Shown: positions 36,600 through 45,984, counted from the first letter of the stretch. The stretch: 64,000 nt of DNA from a bacterium (GCA_963692865.2 OY843592.1:2656001-2720000), one strand, 5' to 3'. The notes: generated by a model from the sequence alone, not told the origin. A program made the numbers and translations.

Positions 36600-37163
36600 A
36601 TGCGCGCGGTCTGTTTTCATGGAAGACGAGAAATCGGCGGAGAGGGTCTTTTCCTGAACGCGGCGCGCATATTCGCAGGCGCGGCCAACCGCGCGGGGTT
36701 TTCCGCCCAGGCGCGCACGCCGGGCTTCCCTTCCCCGCCCGGCTCGCCCGACAGGGCCGTAGTGAAAATTTCAAGAGAACAACTCGCGGACCTCGCCATA
36801 CCGTCTGAATATGACCTGGAAGTCGTCTGCGACCCCCTCCTCGCCGTCGCGCCCCCGATGGGAGACGCCCTGAAAGGCCCTGAAGGCATCCTCGTCCTGA
36901 ACACGCAAAACACCGTGCAGGGCCGCGATTTCCGCATCGCCTCGGTGGACCTGGACGCCATCGCCTCTGCGCGCGGCGCATCGCCCGAGGCGGCGCATCT
37001 GGGCGCGGCGCTGGCCGCCTGGGAGGAGCTTGAGGGAGGTATTTCGGCGCGAGACGTTACCGAGGCGCACCTGGAAATTACGGGCGAGCCCATGCGTGAA
37101 GCGGAAAAAGAAGCGCTGGGCGAAGCCGTTTCGATGACGAAAAGGGCGTTTGGCGCCGAATAA
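36600..37163 (+). CDS. Divergent 2-oxoacid:ferredoxin oxidoreductase gamma-subunit-like protein
   Basis: FHGR..GGEG..AARIFAGAA, AVVKISRE, YDLEVVCDP, GILVLNT, VDLDAIA resemble PorC/KorC; no alpha or beta subunits nearby. Confidence 0.6.
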   Translation: MRAVCFHGRREIGGEGLFLNAARIFAGAANRAGFSAQARTPGFPSPPGSPDRAVVKISREQLADLAIPSEYDLEVVCDPLLAVAPPMGDALKGPEGILVLNTQNTVQGRDFRIASVDLDAIASARGASPEAAHLGAALAAWEELEGGISARDVTEAHLEITGEPMREAEKEALGEAVSMTKRAFGAE

Positions 37164-37181
37164 CGAGAAGGCGGCCTGAGT

Positions 37182-37534
37182 GGGGGCTGTTGAAAAAGCC
37201 CACAGAAGGAGCACACTAAATTTCACTCCCTTGAGAGGGTTGTTGAAAAAGCTTCGCTTCCCCTGGGGCTGACCTTCGCCTTTGTTCGTCATTCCGGCGA
37301 AAGCCGGAATCCATTTTGCCTTTGACCCTTCGCCCGGACGTCCTCGCTCCCGGCCGGGGAGGATACGGACGCCGCGATATACATCCACTTCATCCGTTCC
37401 GGACTAAGGCGCGGCGCGCCTTCCCGCAAGTCGGAATCAAATGCAAAAACGAAGGCAAAAATCATAAAATGGATTCCGGCTTTCGCCGGAATGACGGTGG
37501 TTTTCCCACATCGAGGGACTTTTTCAACAACTCC
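37182..37534. mobile_element. MITE-like element with IS-type ends and ATTCC REP doublet
   Basis: GGGGGCTGTTGAAAAAG (37182) and GGGTTGTTGAAAAAG (37237) ... CTTTTTCAACAACTCC (37534), enclosing inverted CGTCATTCCGGCGAAAGCCGGAATCCA at 37287-37313 and 37470-37496. Confidence 0.65.
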
Positions 37535-37723
37535 GAGTGGGACCGCATTTCTCGCCCAACATCCATTTCTCCGGGTATCCTCCCGTTTTGCGTTGACCTC
37601 TCTTCGGCGCAAAGTGTAGTTTGTGCCCATCAGTTCCCGCCCGGAGGCGAGTAGACCACGCTTGCTCCTTGAGCAGGAAAGGCGTGCCTCCCGCCGCCCA
37701 CACCCGCCCACGGAAAGATCCGA

Positions 37724-38968
37724 ATGAAGCAGTTCTCGCGCACAAGCGCGCCCTGGCTCTTGCTCGTCGCGTTCCTGGTTTCGGGGTGTTCTTATTTTGA
37801 AGACAATTTCCTCGCGCGCCTCATCGCGCCGGAACCGTTCGAAATCGGCCTATGGGCGCAGGCGGAGGGCGTGAACCGCACCCTCGACAGCGCCGGGAAA
37901 ATCAAGGCTCTGGTCAAGCGCGCCTGCGCCGCCGGCGTCACGGACATCTACGCGCAAGTCTACCGGTCGGGCCGCGCATGGTTCCCAACGTCGCTGGCTG
38001 ATGATTCTCCCGCCAAGCGCGCCGGGCAGGATCCCCTGACCCATCTGCTCGACCTCACCTCCCGGGGCGAAAAATACGACTGCCCCATGCGGGTCCATGC
38101 GTGGATAAACGCGTTCGCTCTTGCGAGAAACAAAAAAGCGCCCATCATCCGCGAACTCGGAGCCGAGGCCGTGCTCAAGGATCAGCACGGGCGCTCGCTC
38201 CTCGAATACCCCCTTTCGGGAAAACCCCCGTGGGCGAAAGGCTTCGGCCTGGGGACGCCGGGCATTTTTCTCGACCCCGGCCATCCGGGGGTGCGCAAGC
38301 GCATCATCGACGTTGCGGCGGATTTGGTAAGAAAATACCCGGCGCTTGCGGGAATACATCTTGATTTCATCCGCTACCCCTACGCGCTTCCCATATCGCC
38401 GGGGTCGCGCTTCTCCCCGCGCCTGGATTTCGGCTACAACGGCGCCACCATCGCCCGTTTCGAGCGAGAGACCGGCAAAACCGCGCCGCGCGCAGGTGCG
38501 AGCGTGAAGAGCGCCGACGCTGCGGCGTGGGACGACTGGAGGCGGGCGCAGGTAACGGCGGCAGTTCGCGGCGTTTATGAAACAACGAAAGGTTTAAGGG
38601 GACAAGTAATTGTTTCCGCTGCGGTTCTACCTTGGGCCGAACGGGCCTATCTCTCCGCCTTTCAGGACTGGCGCGGCTGGCTCGAAAAGGGTTTTCTGGA
38701 TAAGGCCGTGGTCATGAACTATACCGGGGATGAACACTTGGCCGCTCAAATCAGCCGAAGCGCGCTCGCCGCCAGGAGGATGAAACCGCCTCATCCGCGC
38801 GCGCGCCAGGTCGTCATCGGCCTGGGGGCATATCTGTTCACGAAACGCCCGGCGGGCTTGTGGCGCGAATGGCGCACCGCCCGGGAAGCCGGGGCCGATG
38901 GCGTTGCGCTTTTCTCCTACGATCAGATGGCAGGAAACGATGCGATGTGGAAATTCCCCGTTCGGTGA
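37724..38968 (+). CDS. Glycoside hydrolase family 10-like (GHL10, YddW/DigH-like) lipoprotein
   Basis: Lipobox LVSGC; RVHAWIN, FLDPGHPGVR, GIHLDFIRYP, QDWRGWL, GVALFSY. Confidence 0.85.
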   Translation: MKQFSRTSAPWLLLVAFLVSGCSYFEDNFLARLIAPEPFEIGLWAQAEGVNRTLDSAGKIKALVKRACAAGVTDIYAQVYRSGRAWFPTSLADDSPAKRAGQDPLTHLLDLTSRGEKYDCPMRVHAWINAFALARNKKAPIIRELGAEAVLKDQHGRSLLEYPLSGKPPWAKGFGLGTPGIFLDPGHPGVRKRIIDVAADLVRKYPALAGIHLDFIRYPYALPISPGSRFSPRLDFGYNGATIARFERETGKTAPRAGASVKSADAAAWDDWRRAQVTAAVRGVYETTKGLRGQVIVSAAVLPWAERAYLSAFQDWRGWLEKGFLDKAVVMNYTGDEHLAAQISRSALAARRMKPPHPRARQVVIGLGAYLFTKRPAGLWREWRTAREAGADGVALFSYDQMAGNDAMWKFPVR

Positions 38969-39004
38969 CTTCACCGCATCCATCGGCGGACAAGCGTTTT
39001 GGAC

Positions 39005-39033
39005 TTGCCAGAAATGGCCTCGAAAGCTATAAT
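39005..39033 (+). promoter_or_regulatory. sigma70 promoter of hup
   Basis: TTGCCA, 17 nt spacer, TATAAT. Confidence 0.75.
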
Positions 39034-39187
39034 TTGTATTTGGTAACATCATTACCCGCCCTTTTGTTTCACTTCCGCCTAACAATTTTGAGTTTCTGTT
39101 GTTGGACATGGTTTCAACAAACAGAGAAGGCGTGAGCGCGCACGCACCGCCCGCGCGCCGCTCAGGGCGAAAGAGGAGAAGAAGAAA

Positions 39188-39460
39188 ATGAACAAAGGCG
39201 AACTCGCAGACGCCATCGCCGAGCAGGCGAACCTGAGCAAGTCGAGCGCACAGGGCGTAGTCGACGCATTCGTGGGCGCCGTAACCTCGGCGCTCAAGAG
39301 CGGGGACAAGGTGACGCTCACGGGCTTCGGCACCTTCAGCGTCTCCCAGCGGGCGGCCCGCAAGGCGCGCAACCCGAGGACGGGCGAGGAGATTCAGGTG
39401 GCCGCGGCGACCGTGCCGAAGTTCAAGGCGGGAGCCGGCCTGAAGGCCTCCGTGAACTAG
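39188..39460 (+). CDS. hup: DNA-binding protein HU
   Basis: MNKGELADAIA...GFGTFSVSQRAARKARNPRTGEEI..PKFKAG. Confidence 0.97.
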   Translation: MNKGELADAIAEQANLSKSSAQGVVDAFVGAVTSALKSGDKVTLTGFGTFSVSQRAARKARNPRTGEEIQVAAATVPKFKAGAGLKASVN

Positions 39461-39680
39461 GACGCGCTATCCCGACTGCCGGTAATCCGGCTCGGCCGTA
39501 AAAAGAACCTCAAAATCCGAGGGGTATATCTGTGCTGAAAGGCGTAAGGAATACCCTATCGAGATAGAGTGAGTGGGTTGGTGTGCCTGGAAAGAGGCGC
39601 TGAAACAGTCTTTCACCTGACATTGGAGCAGAAAAACTAACGAGACTTACGGGTTTGGTTCGACCCCGAAGCGGGAACGC

Positions 39681-40490
39681 TCAGGGAGTCTCGCCCTCTA
39701 TCGCGGTTTCTCCTTGCCATGCCTCCCAATCCGAGAGCGCATCCACCGATTCGTCGATAAAATCCATATAATCGCCCGTCATCCGCGCCCCCTCTTCGAT
39801 GAGACGGCATGTCTTCTCCGTGTTCTCCTCGCCGAAGGGCAACCCGAGCTTTCTCAAGACGATTTTCGTTCGCCCGCCTACGAAGAGGTGATCGACGTCG
39901 TGCATATCGCCATAAAACTTGCGAGGAGCGCCGCGCGCCCGCGCGACTTTCTCGGGCTTGCAGCCATATAAGGCGCCGAGACCCTCCGCGTATTCTCGTT
40001 TCTGCGCGTCGCTCATCGCGTCCTGGGCGTCCCGGAGCTGCACTCCCACCGTCCCGTCGTCGAGATGTATGGCGTAATCCACGGCGATTTCAACCAGCAC
40101 GTGCGCGAGGTAGTGGAGCGTGGCCTCATCGGTTTTCACGCCCATCTTTTGCGTAAACTCCCGCATCAGGGGTATGAGCGCGCCACCCTTTCGGTAGGTG
40201 TAGCCCTGTTTTTGAGAAGGCGCCAATCCGCTCGCCGCCTTGGCGATGCTCCCGTAGTGGCAGATGTTGTCGACCACCAGATGGCATTTCACCCACAATA
40301 GTTTCGGGAATCGCTCCATCACGCCCGCCTGCGGCGCGAAGCGGTGGGTGTCCCTGGGCTTGAACTCTCCCGAGAGAGGCAGGGAGTCGGGCGCCACGTT
40401 GTAGACGTAGGCGTCATCGCCTGGATGGGGCGCCTCCGGGTGGCGCTCCAGCAACTTTCTTAGAACCAACGTGTGGCAGTTTGTGAGCAA
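39681..40490 (-). CDS. Putative zinc-dependent phospholipase C/P1 nuclease-like metallohydrolase
   Basis: From TTG 40490 (GGGAGG RBS): MLTNCH...APD...TH...HLVVDNICH...HVLVEIAVD, a ligand spacing typical of the Zn-dependent PLC fold. Confidence 0.55.
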   Translation of the reverse strand: MLTNCHTLVLRKLLERHPEAPHPGDDAYVYNVAPDSLPLSGEFKPRDTHRFAPQAGVMERFPKLLWVKCHLVVDNICHYGSIAKAASGLAPSQKQGYTYRKGGALIPLMREFTQKMGVKTDEATLHYLAHVLVEIAVDYAIHLDDGTVGVQLRDAQDAMSDAQKREYAEGLGALYGCKPEKVARARGAPRKFYGDMHDVDHLFVGGRTKIVLRKLGLPFGEENTEKTCRLIEEGARMTGDYMDFIDESVDALSDWEAWQGETAIEGETP

Positions 40491-40503
40491 GAGCTTCGCC
40501 TCC

Positions 40504-41415
40504 CTAAAGCGGCTCTGCCAGCGAATAGCGTCCATCGGCGCAGGCGACTTCGCCGGATTCCACGAATCTCGCCAGATGCAGTTCTATCACCCGTGCGCCG
40601 AGCTCTCTCTGGCGCTCGGGTAAATCATGATAGATGAGATCCGCTATCTTGGCGGGCGTATCGTGCCCTTCCCCAAGTGCTTCGAGATATTGCGCATCGC
40701 GCTTCTTGCGGTGCTCGATGAGTTCGTCGATTCTTCCGATGGGATCCTCGATGATCGGGCCGTGGCCGGGATAGATGAGGCGAGGCGCGAGCTTCTTCAC
40801 CTTCTCCAGCGATTCGAGGTAGTCGCCCAGATTCCCCTTGGGCGCAGTCACCGCCGTCGTCGAGGGGAGAAGAACGTTGTCGCCTCCCAGAAGAATCCTC
40901 TCCTCCTTCCACCAGAAAGAAAGGTGTCCGGGCGAATGGCCCGGCGTGAGAATGGCTTCCAGGCGCATTTCTCCTGACTCGACGAATTCTCCCTCCCTGA
41001 TCGGCAAGACCTGCAGATCCGGCTGCTCTTCCTCCAGATAACCCATTTCAAGCGGGTGAGCATAGACCGGAACATTGAAGCGCTCGCAAACCGCCCCGGC
41101 GCCCCCCGAGTGGTCGAAGTGGTGGTGTGTCAGGACGAGTCTGTCCAACCCATCCCCGGCGCGCGCCTCCACCCAGGAGAGCATCTCGGGAATGCACTCG
41201 CGGTAGCCCGTGTCGAAGAGGATGAAAGGCCCATCCCCGACGAGGATCACCTCCACGTGTTCCATGAACGAACCCCGGGGAGCTTCCAACTGCTGACTCT
41301 GGATGAGGGACGAACCGGTAAATTTTGCGTTCAAGAAGAATCCTCGCTTGGAATTTCGTCCGACCGGGGAAACCCGCGCCATGCCGCCGACTCGATGAAT
41401 CGCCGGAGTTTTCAT
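40504..41415 (-). CDS. MBL-fold metallo-hydrolase (LACTB2-like)
   Basis: LTHHHFDHSGG, TPGHSPGH, GGD, YPGHG, C-terminal winged helix; start uncertain. Confidence 0.9.
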   Translation of the reverse strand: MKTPAIHRVGGMARVSPVGRNSKRGFFLNAKFTGSSLIQSQQLEAPRGSFMEHVEVILVGDGPFILFDTGYRECIPEMLSWVEARAGDGLDRLVLTHHHFDHSGGAGAVCERFNVPVYAHPLEMGYLEEEQPDLQVLPIREGEFVESGEMRLEAILTPGHSPGHLSFWWKEERILLGGDNVLLPSTTAVTAPKGNLGDYLESLEKVKKLAPRLIYPGHGPIIEDPIGRIDELIEHRKKRDAQYLEALGEGHDTPAKIADLIYHDLPERQRELGARVIELHLARFVESGEVACADGRYSLAEPL

Positions 41416-41521
41416 TCGCTCGCTCGTTTCAAGGAAGATGTTTCTCTTTCAACATCTCTCCGGAGGTGAAAAGCGAGAAAAATCATCGGCCCTGGATTTT
41501 CGCCGGCCGGAAAAGACGGCA

Positions 41522-41549
41522 TTGACAGATATCGAAAATCTGTTATCTT
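41522..41549 (+). promoter_or_regulatory. Promoter of the ABC operon with an overlapping palindrome
   Basis: TTGACA, 16 nt spacer, TATCTT; inverted repeat ACAGAT-N7-ATCTGT at 41525-41543. Confidence 0.5.
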
Positions 41550-41706
41550 CACTACCACAAAAATCCGCAGACAGTAAAGAAAACAACTTATTATTGCGCC
41601 ATTTTCTCTCATCTGCGGGTTTTTGTGATGAAAACGAAATGTGGGAGCCTTTTTATTTAACCGGGGATTCGTTCCCCACTCTATTCCAGCAATGAGGAGA
41701 TTCTCG

Positions 41707-42813
41707 ATGAAACCCCGTATCCGTTACTTCGTCGCCGCCGTCGCGGCTCTGGCCGTCTTTGCATCGGGCGCGCTCGTGTCCGAAGCGATGATGAAAAACC
41801 AGAAAGAACTCGTGCGCGCGGCGAAAAAAGAGGGCGCCGTCACCATCATCAACCCTCTGTTCAGCGACCGCACGGCCAAGCGCATGGGCCCGGCCTTCGC
41901 CAAGCACTACGGCCTCGGCGACGGCTTCAAGTTCCGTAACCTGCGTAAAGGCACCGGCGCCACCGTCTCCCAGGTACGCCAGGAGATGCGGGCCAACAAG
42001 TTCACCGTCGACGTTCACGTGGTGAGCGCACCCGGCTTCTTCGCCGCGGCCCAGAAACGCGGCGCGTACCACAAGCTCGACAGCGCCGAGTGGAACAAGC
42101 ACTTCGCGGCGGTTATCAAGAAGGCAGGCCAGTACGCGAACTACCCCTACGTCGTGACGCCTCTGGCCTATACCTTCCAGCCGGTATGGAACACCGCCTG
42201 CAAGGGCATGAAAGATCTCAATGTAACTCAGTATTCCGACACCATCTCCAAAAAAGTGATGGGCCAGACCATCGCAGGCGACATCACCAAGAGCTTCACC
42301 TACACAAACACCGTCATCTCGCTCATCGAGAACGGCATGGACATGAACAAGTACTGGGACGACCTGAAAGCCACGAAGCCCGTCGTCATGTTCCGCACCG
42401 AGCCGAAGATGCAGGTGCTCATCAACTGCGAGCGCGGCCTCGACCCCTGGAACATTACGGGCCGCGTTTATCAGAACGTCCTCAAGAAGCCCGACCTCGC
42501 TAAAGTACTCAGGACCGGATACTACAAAGAAGGCCAGGTCATGCTGGGCAACCAGGCGGCTGTCTTGAATGGCGCGCCGAATCCCAGCGCCGGCAAACTG
42601 CTGGTGGAATTCCTGCTCACCAAGGAAGGCACCGACGTATACGTGGAAGGCGAGGCCGTCTACAGCTTCCGCGCGGGTTACAAGCCGCCCAAGGTCGTGG
42701 CTCCCTATCTTCTCGACCTCAGCAAGCACAAGCTGCTGGGTCTCAAGGACTGGGTAGGCGCGCAGAAGAAGTTCAAGGCGACGCGCGCCGAATTCATCAA
42801 ACGCTTCAAGTAG
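41707..42813 (+). CDS. ABC transporter substrate-binding protein (Fe3+/AfuA/polyamine-like class)
   Basis: Signal peptide, AAKKEGAVT, APNPSAGKLLVEFLLTKEG; GAGGAG RBS; heads the ABC operon. Confidence 0.85.
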   Translation: MKPRIRYFVAAVAALAVFASGALVSEAMMKNQKELVRAAKKEGAVTIINPLFSDRTAKRMGPAFAKHYGLGDGFKFRNLRKGTGATVSQVRQEMRANKFTVDVHVVSAPGFFAAAQKRGAYHKLDSAEWNKHFAAVIKKAGQYANYPYVVTPLAYTFQPVWNTACKGMKDLNVTQYSDTISKKVMGQTIAGDITKSFTYTNTVISLIENGMDMNKYWDDLKATKPVVMFRTEPKMQVLINCERGLDPWNITGRVYQNVLKKPDLAKVLRTGYYKEGQVMLGNQAAVLNGAPNPSAGKLLVEFLLTKEGTDVYVEGEAVYSFRAGYKPPKVVAPYLLDLSKHKLLGLKDWVGAQKKFKATRAEFIKRFK

Positions 42814-42839
42814 GACGCTTATTGATAGTCGCTCGGAAC

Positions 42840-42873
42840 GGGTGGGAGCCCACATTGGGCTCCCACCCTTCTT
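42840..42873 (+). terminator. Strong hairpin after the SBP gene (terminator or mRNA stabiliser)
   Basis: GGGTGGGAGCCCA-CAT-TGGGCTCCCACCC, 13-bp stem followed by TTCTT. Confidence 0.7.
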
Positions 42874-43121
42874 GCATGAAATATGTAAATCCGAGGCGCG
42901 CCATACCGCGAAGGTTCAGCCGGGGGTCGCCATTCAGATGTAAGGACAGCAGAGCCTTCGCGATGTAGTGCGAATCGAGCGTTTTTCATAAACCGGACTC
43001 CCCGCGAAACAGCGCGAAGTTTCGCGGGGCGTGTTGCTTTTGGAATCAGCGTTTTTTATAGTCTTATCCTCGTATTCCCGGACAAACTCGCGTTCGCAGG
43101 AAAGGTTGCAACGACAAGACT

Positions 43122-44870
43122 ATGGCCACGGACACCACAGTACCCCAAATCGACGTCGCTCCCCCGCGCGGCTGGCGAACATGGTTCACGCAGGAGAACC
43201 TCATCACGACCGTCGTCGGCATCATCGTGGCGGTGGCGGTCATCGTGCCCCTGGTCGCGCTCGTCATCAACAGCTTCCTGGTGCTCGACGACCTGGGATT
43301 CGACACCGAGTGGGGATTCCAGAACTACAGGGATATTTTCCAGGGCCGCGTCATCCGAAAAGCCCTCATCAATACCGCCATCATCAGCACGGGCTGCACC
43401 ATCCTGGCCACGCTGCTGGGCGTATCGCTCGCTTGGATCAACGCGAGAACCAACTGCCCGTTCAGGGAGAAGCTCGAGCCCTTCAATCTCATCCCCTTCT
43501 TCCTGAGCCCCTTCGTCGGCGCCATCGCCTGGCACAACCTGGCCTCCCCGAAAGTCGGCCTGTTGAACAACATGGCGAAAAGCTTTTTCGGCATCTCTTT
43601 TCCATTGTTCAACGTCAACAACTTGTGGGGCGTTATCTGGGTGACGGGTATCTTTTTCGCTCCGCTCGTCTACCTGTTCGTGGTGGGATCGCTCAGGCGC
43701 ATGGACCCCTCTCTCGAGGACAGCGCGCGAACGACAGGAGCGGGGCTCTTGCGAACCACATTTACCATCACACTACCTCTCGTGACGCCGGCAATTCTCT
43801 CGGGCGCCATCATCGTGTTCGTGACGACGGCAGGGGAGTTCGGGGTTCCCTTCAAGCTCTCCGCCCCCTTCGGGTGGGAAACACTGACAACGCAGATTTT
43901 CACCAAGGCTGTGGGCGATGACGCGAACCACTATCTGGGCGCCGCCATGAGCATGGTGGTGGGCGTGGTGACTGCGTTTTTCATATGGATTCAGCACAGA
44001 ATCATCGCGCCTCGTTCGTACACGACTGTTACAGGCAAGGGTTTCAGGCCGAATCTCATCGACCTGGGCGCATGGAAGTGGCTCGCTTTCGCCTACAATA
44101 TCTTCTATGTCTTCGTCGCCGTGGTTCTTCCCATTATCTGCCTTTTCTTCGTGAGCCTCCACAAAATCTGGTCGGGGCGGATCATCTGGGAGGAACTCAC
44201 TTTCTGGAACTACCAGAAGGTGCTCTTCTTCTGGTGGCCCGAGAGCATCGACGCGGCCACCAACGGCATCATCAACAGCTTTATTCTTGCGTTCGGCGGC
44301 GCTTCCATCGCCATGGTGGTGGCCATCATCGTTAGCTACATGATCCACCGCACCAAGGGCTTCGGCGCGCGGATGCTCGATTTCCTGAGCGTGATCCCCA
44401 TAGGCTTCCCCGGCATCGTGCTGGCGATGGGCGTTCTCGTCACCTACATCAAGACGCCCATATACGCCACGCTCTGGATTCTGCTGCTCGGCTACATCAC
44501 GAGGTTTTTCCCCTACGGGCAGCGGAACATCTCCTCCATCATGATGGCCGTATCCGAGGAACTCGACCAGAGTTCGCGCATGGCGGGGGCTTCATGGCTC
44601 ACCACGCTCCGGAGAATCACCATTCCGCTCTTGAAGCCGGGCATCTTCGCCGGGTGGATTCTGTTGTTCGTCATTTTCCTGAGGGAACTCTCCATCTCCA
44701 TCATACTCTACTCCGCCGGAACGGAGACGCTCTCCGTCGGCGTGTATTACCTCTCGAACTTCGAGAACGAACCCATGACGTCGGCCCTTTCCATCGCACA
44801 GACGGTCGCGCTCCTGATCTGCGTCGTCCTCTTCAGGAAAGTCGCCGGCAAAGAGGCGCTGACCGCGTAG
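43122..44870 (+). CDS. ABC transporter permease (FbpB/AfuB-type, two fused domains)
   Basis: Two EAA-like loops (SLEDSARTTGAG, ELDQSSRMAGAS) and about 12 TM segments. Confidence 0.92.
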   Translation: MATDTTVPQIDVAPPRGWRTWFTQENLITTVVGIIVAVAVIVPLVALVINSFLVLDDLGFDTEWGFQNYRDIFQGRVIRKALINTAIISTGCTILATLLGVSLAWINARTNCPFREKLEPFNLIPFFLSPFVGAIAWHNLASPKVGLLNNMAKSFFGISFPLFNVNNLWGVIWVTGIFFAPLVYLFVVGSLRRMDPSLEDSARTTGAGLLRTTFTITLPLVTPAILSGAIIVFVTTAGEFGVPFKLSAPFGWETLTTQIFTKAVGDDANHYLGAAMSMVVGVVTAFFIWIQHRIIAPRSYTTVTGKGFRPNLIDLGAWKWLAFAYNIFYVFVAVVLPIICLFFVSLHKIWSGRIIWEELTFWNYQKVLFFWWPESIDAATNGIINSFILAFGGASIAMVVAIIVSYMIHRTKGFGARMLDFLSVIPIGFPGIVLAMGVLVTYIKTPIYATLWILLLGYITRFFPYGQRNISSIMMAVSEELDQSSRMAGASWLTTLRRITIPLLKPGIFAGWILLFVIFLRELSISIILYSAGTETLSVGVYYLSNFENEPMTSALSIAQTVALLICVVLFRKVAGKEALTA

Positions 44871-44874
44871 AACG

Positions 44875-45972
44875 ATGAGCGAAAACAACTATCTCCAGGT
44901 CGATCATCTCGTAAAATACTTCGGCGACGACCGCGCCGTGGACGGTATTTCCTTCGGCATTCCGGAGGGGAAATTCCTCACCCTGCTCGGCCCGTCCGGC
45001 TGCGGAAAGACCACGACGCTCATGTGCATCGCGGGTCTCCACAAACCCGACGCGGGCGAGATACGCATCGGCTCGGACCCGGTCACCTCGGTAGAAAAGC
45101 GCATCAACACCGCGCCCGAGAAGCGCAACATCGGCATGGTGTTCCAGAGCTACGCCATCTGGCCGCACATGGACGTGACGCAGAACGTGGCCTACCCGCT
45201 CGAGATACGCAACATGGCGCAATCCGAGATCGACGATCGCGTCGCCGAAGCGCTCAAAATCGTCGGCCTCACCGATATGGCGGACAAGAACGCCACGCAG
45301 CTCTCGGGCGGCCAGCAGCAAAGGGCGGCCCTCGCGCGCGCGATGGTCTTTCGTCCGCGCCTGTTGCTGTTCGACGAGCCGCTCAGCAACCTGGACCTGA
45401 AACTCAGGGAACAGATGCGCATTGAACTCAAGCGGATTCAGCACGAAATCGGCATCACCTCGATCTACGTGACGCACGACCAGGCGGAAGCCCTCGTGAT
45501 GAGCGATGAGATTATCGTGATGAGCAAGGGGCACATCGAGCAAACGGGCGGCCCCCATTCCATCTACGCGCGCCCCGTCAACAAGTTCGTGAGTAATTTC
45601 ATCGGCGTGGCGAACCTGACCGAGGGCCGCATCGTCGGAAACGGCGGGGGGGGATCGGGAACCATCGAGATATCCCAGGGCGGCGAGAGCGTCCAACTGC
45701 CCTGCCTGCTCGCCGGCGGCCTCGCAGAGGGCGACGACGCCTACCTCTCCGTCCGGCCCGAGAACGTGGACGCATCGCGCGAACCGAAGGACGGCCCCCG
45801 GATAGAGGGCGAGGTCATCCAGTCCGTCTTTCTGGGCAACTGCCTCGATTGCCGGGTGAAGTGGGGCGAATTCGAATGGAAGGTGCTTGCGCATTCGAGA
45901 GAACGCCTGCGCGTGGGCGAGAAGGTGTACGTGCGCCTTGACCCGGATCATACCCTGGCCGTCAGACCCTAG
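44875..45972 (+). CDS. ABC transporter ATP-binding protein (FbpC/PotA-like), copy 1
   Basis: GPSGCGKTT, LSGGQQQR, FDEPLSNLD, TOBE domain. Confidence 0.94.
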   Translation: MSENNYLQVDHLVKYFGDDRAVDGISFGIPEGKFLTLLGPSGCGKTTTLMCIAGLHKPDAGEIRIGSDPVTSVEKRINTAPEKRNIGMVFQSYAIWPHMDVTQNVAYPLEIRNMAQSEIDDRVAEALKIVGLTDMADKNATQLSGGQQQRAALARAMVFRPRLLLFDEPLSNLDLKLREQMRIELKRIQHEIGITSIYVTHDQAEALVMSDEIIVMSKGHIEQTGGPHSIYARPVNKFVSNFIGVANLTEGRIVGNGGGGSGTIEISQGGESVQLPCLLAGGLAEGDDAYLSVRPENVDASREPKDGPRIEGEVIQSVFLGNCLDCRVKWGEFEWKVLAHSRERLRVGEKVYVRLDPDHTLAVRP

Positions 45973-45984
45973 AGGATAGATAGC

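Noticed and set aside
39650-39675. GGTTCGACCCC as part of a tRNA gene
   Set aside because: No cloverleaf (acceptor, D and anticodon arms) could be built around it.
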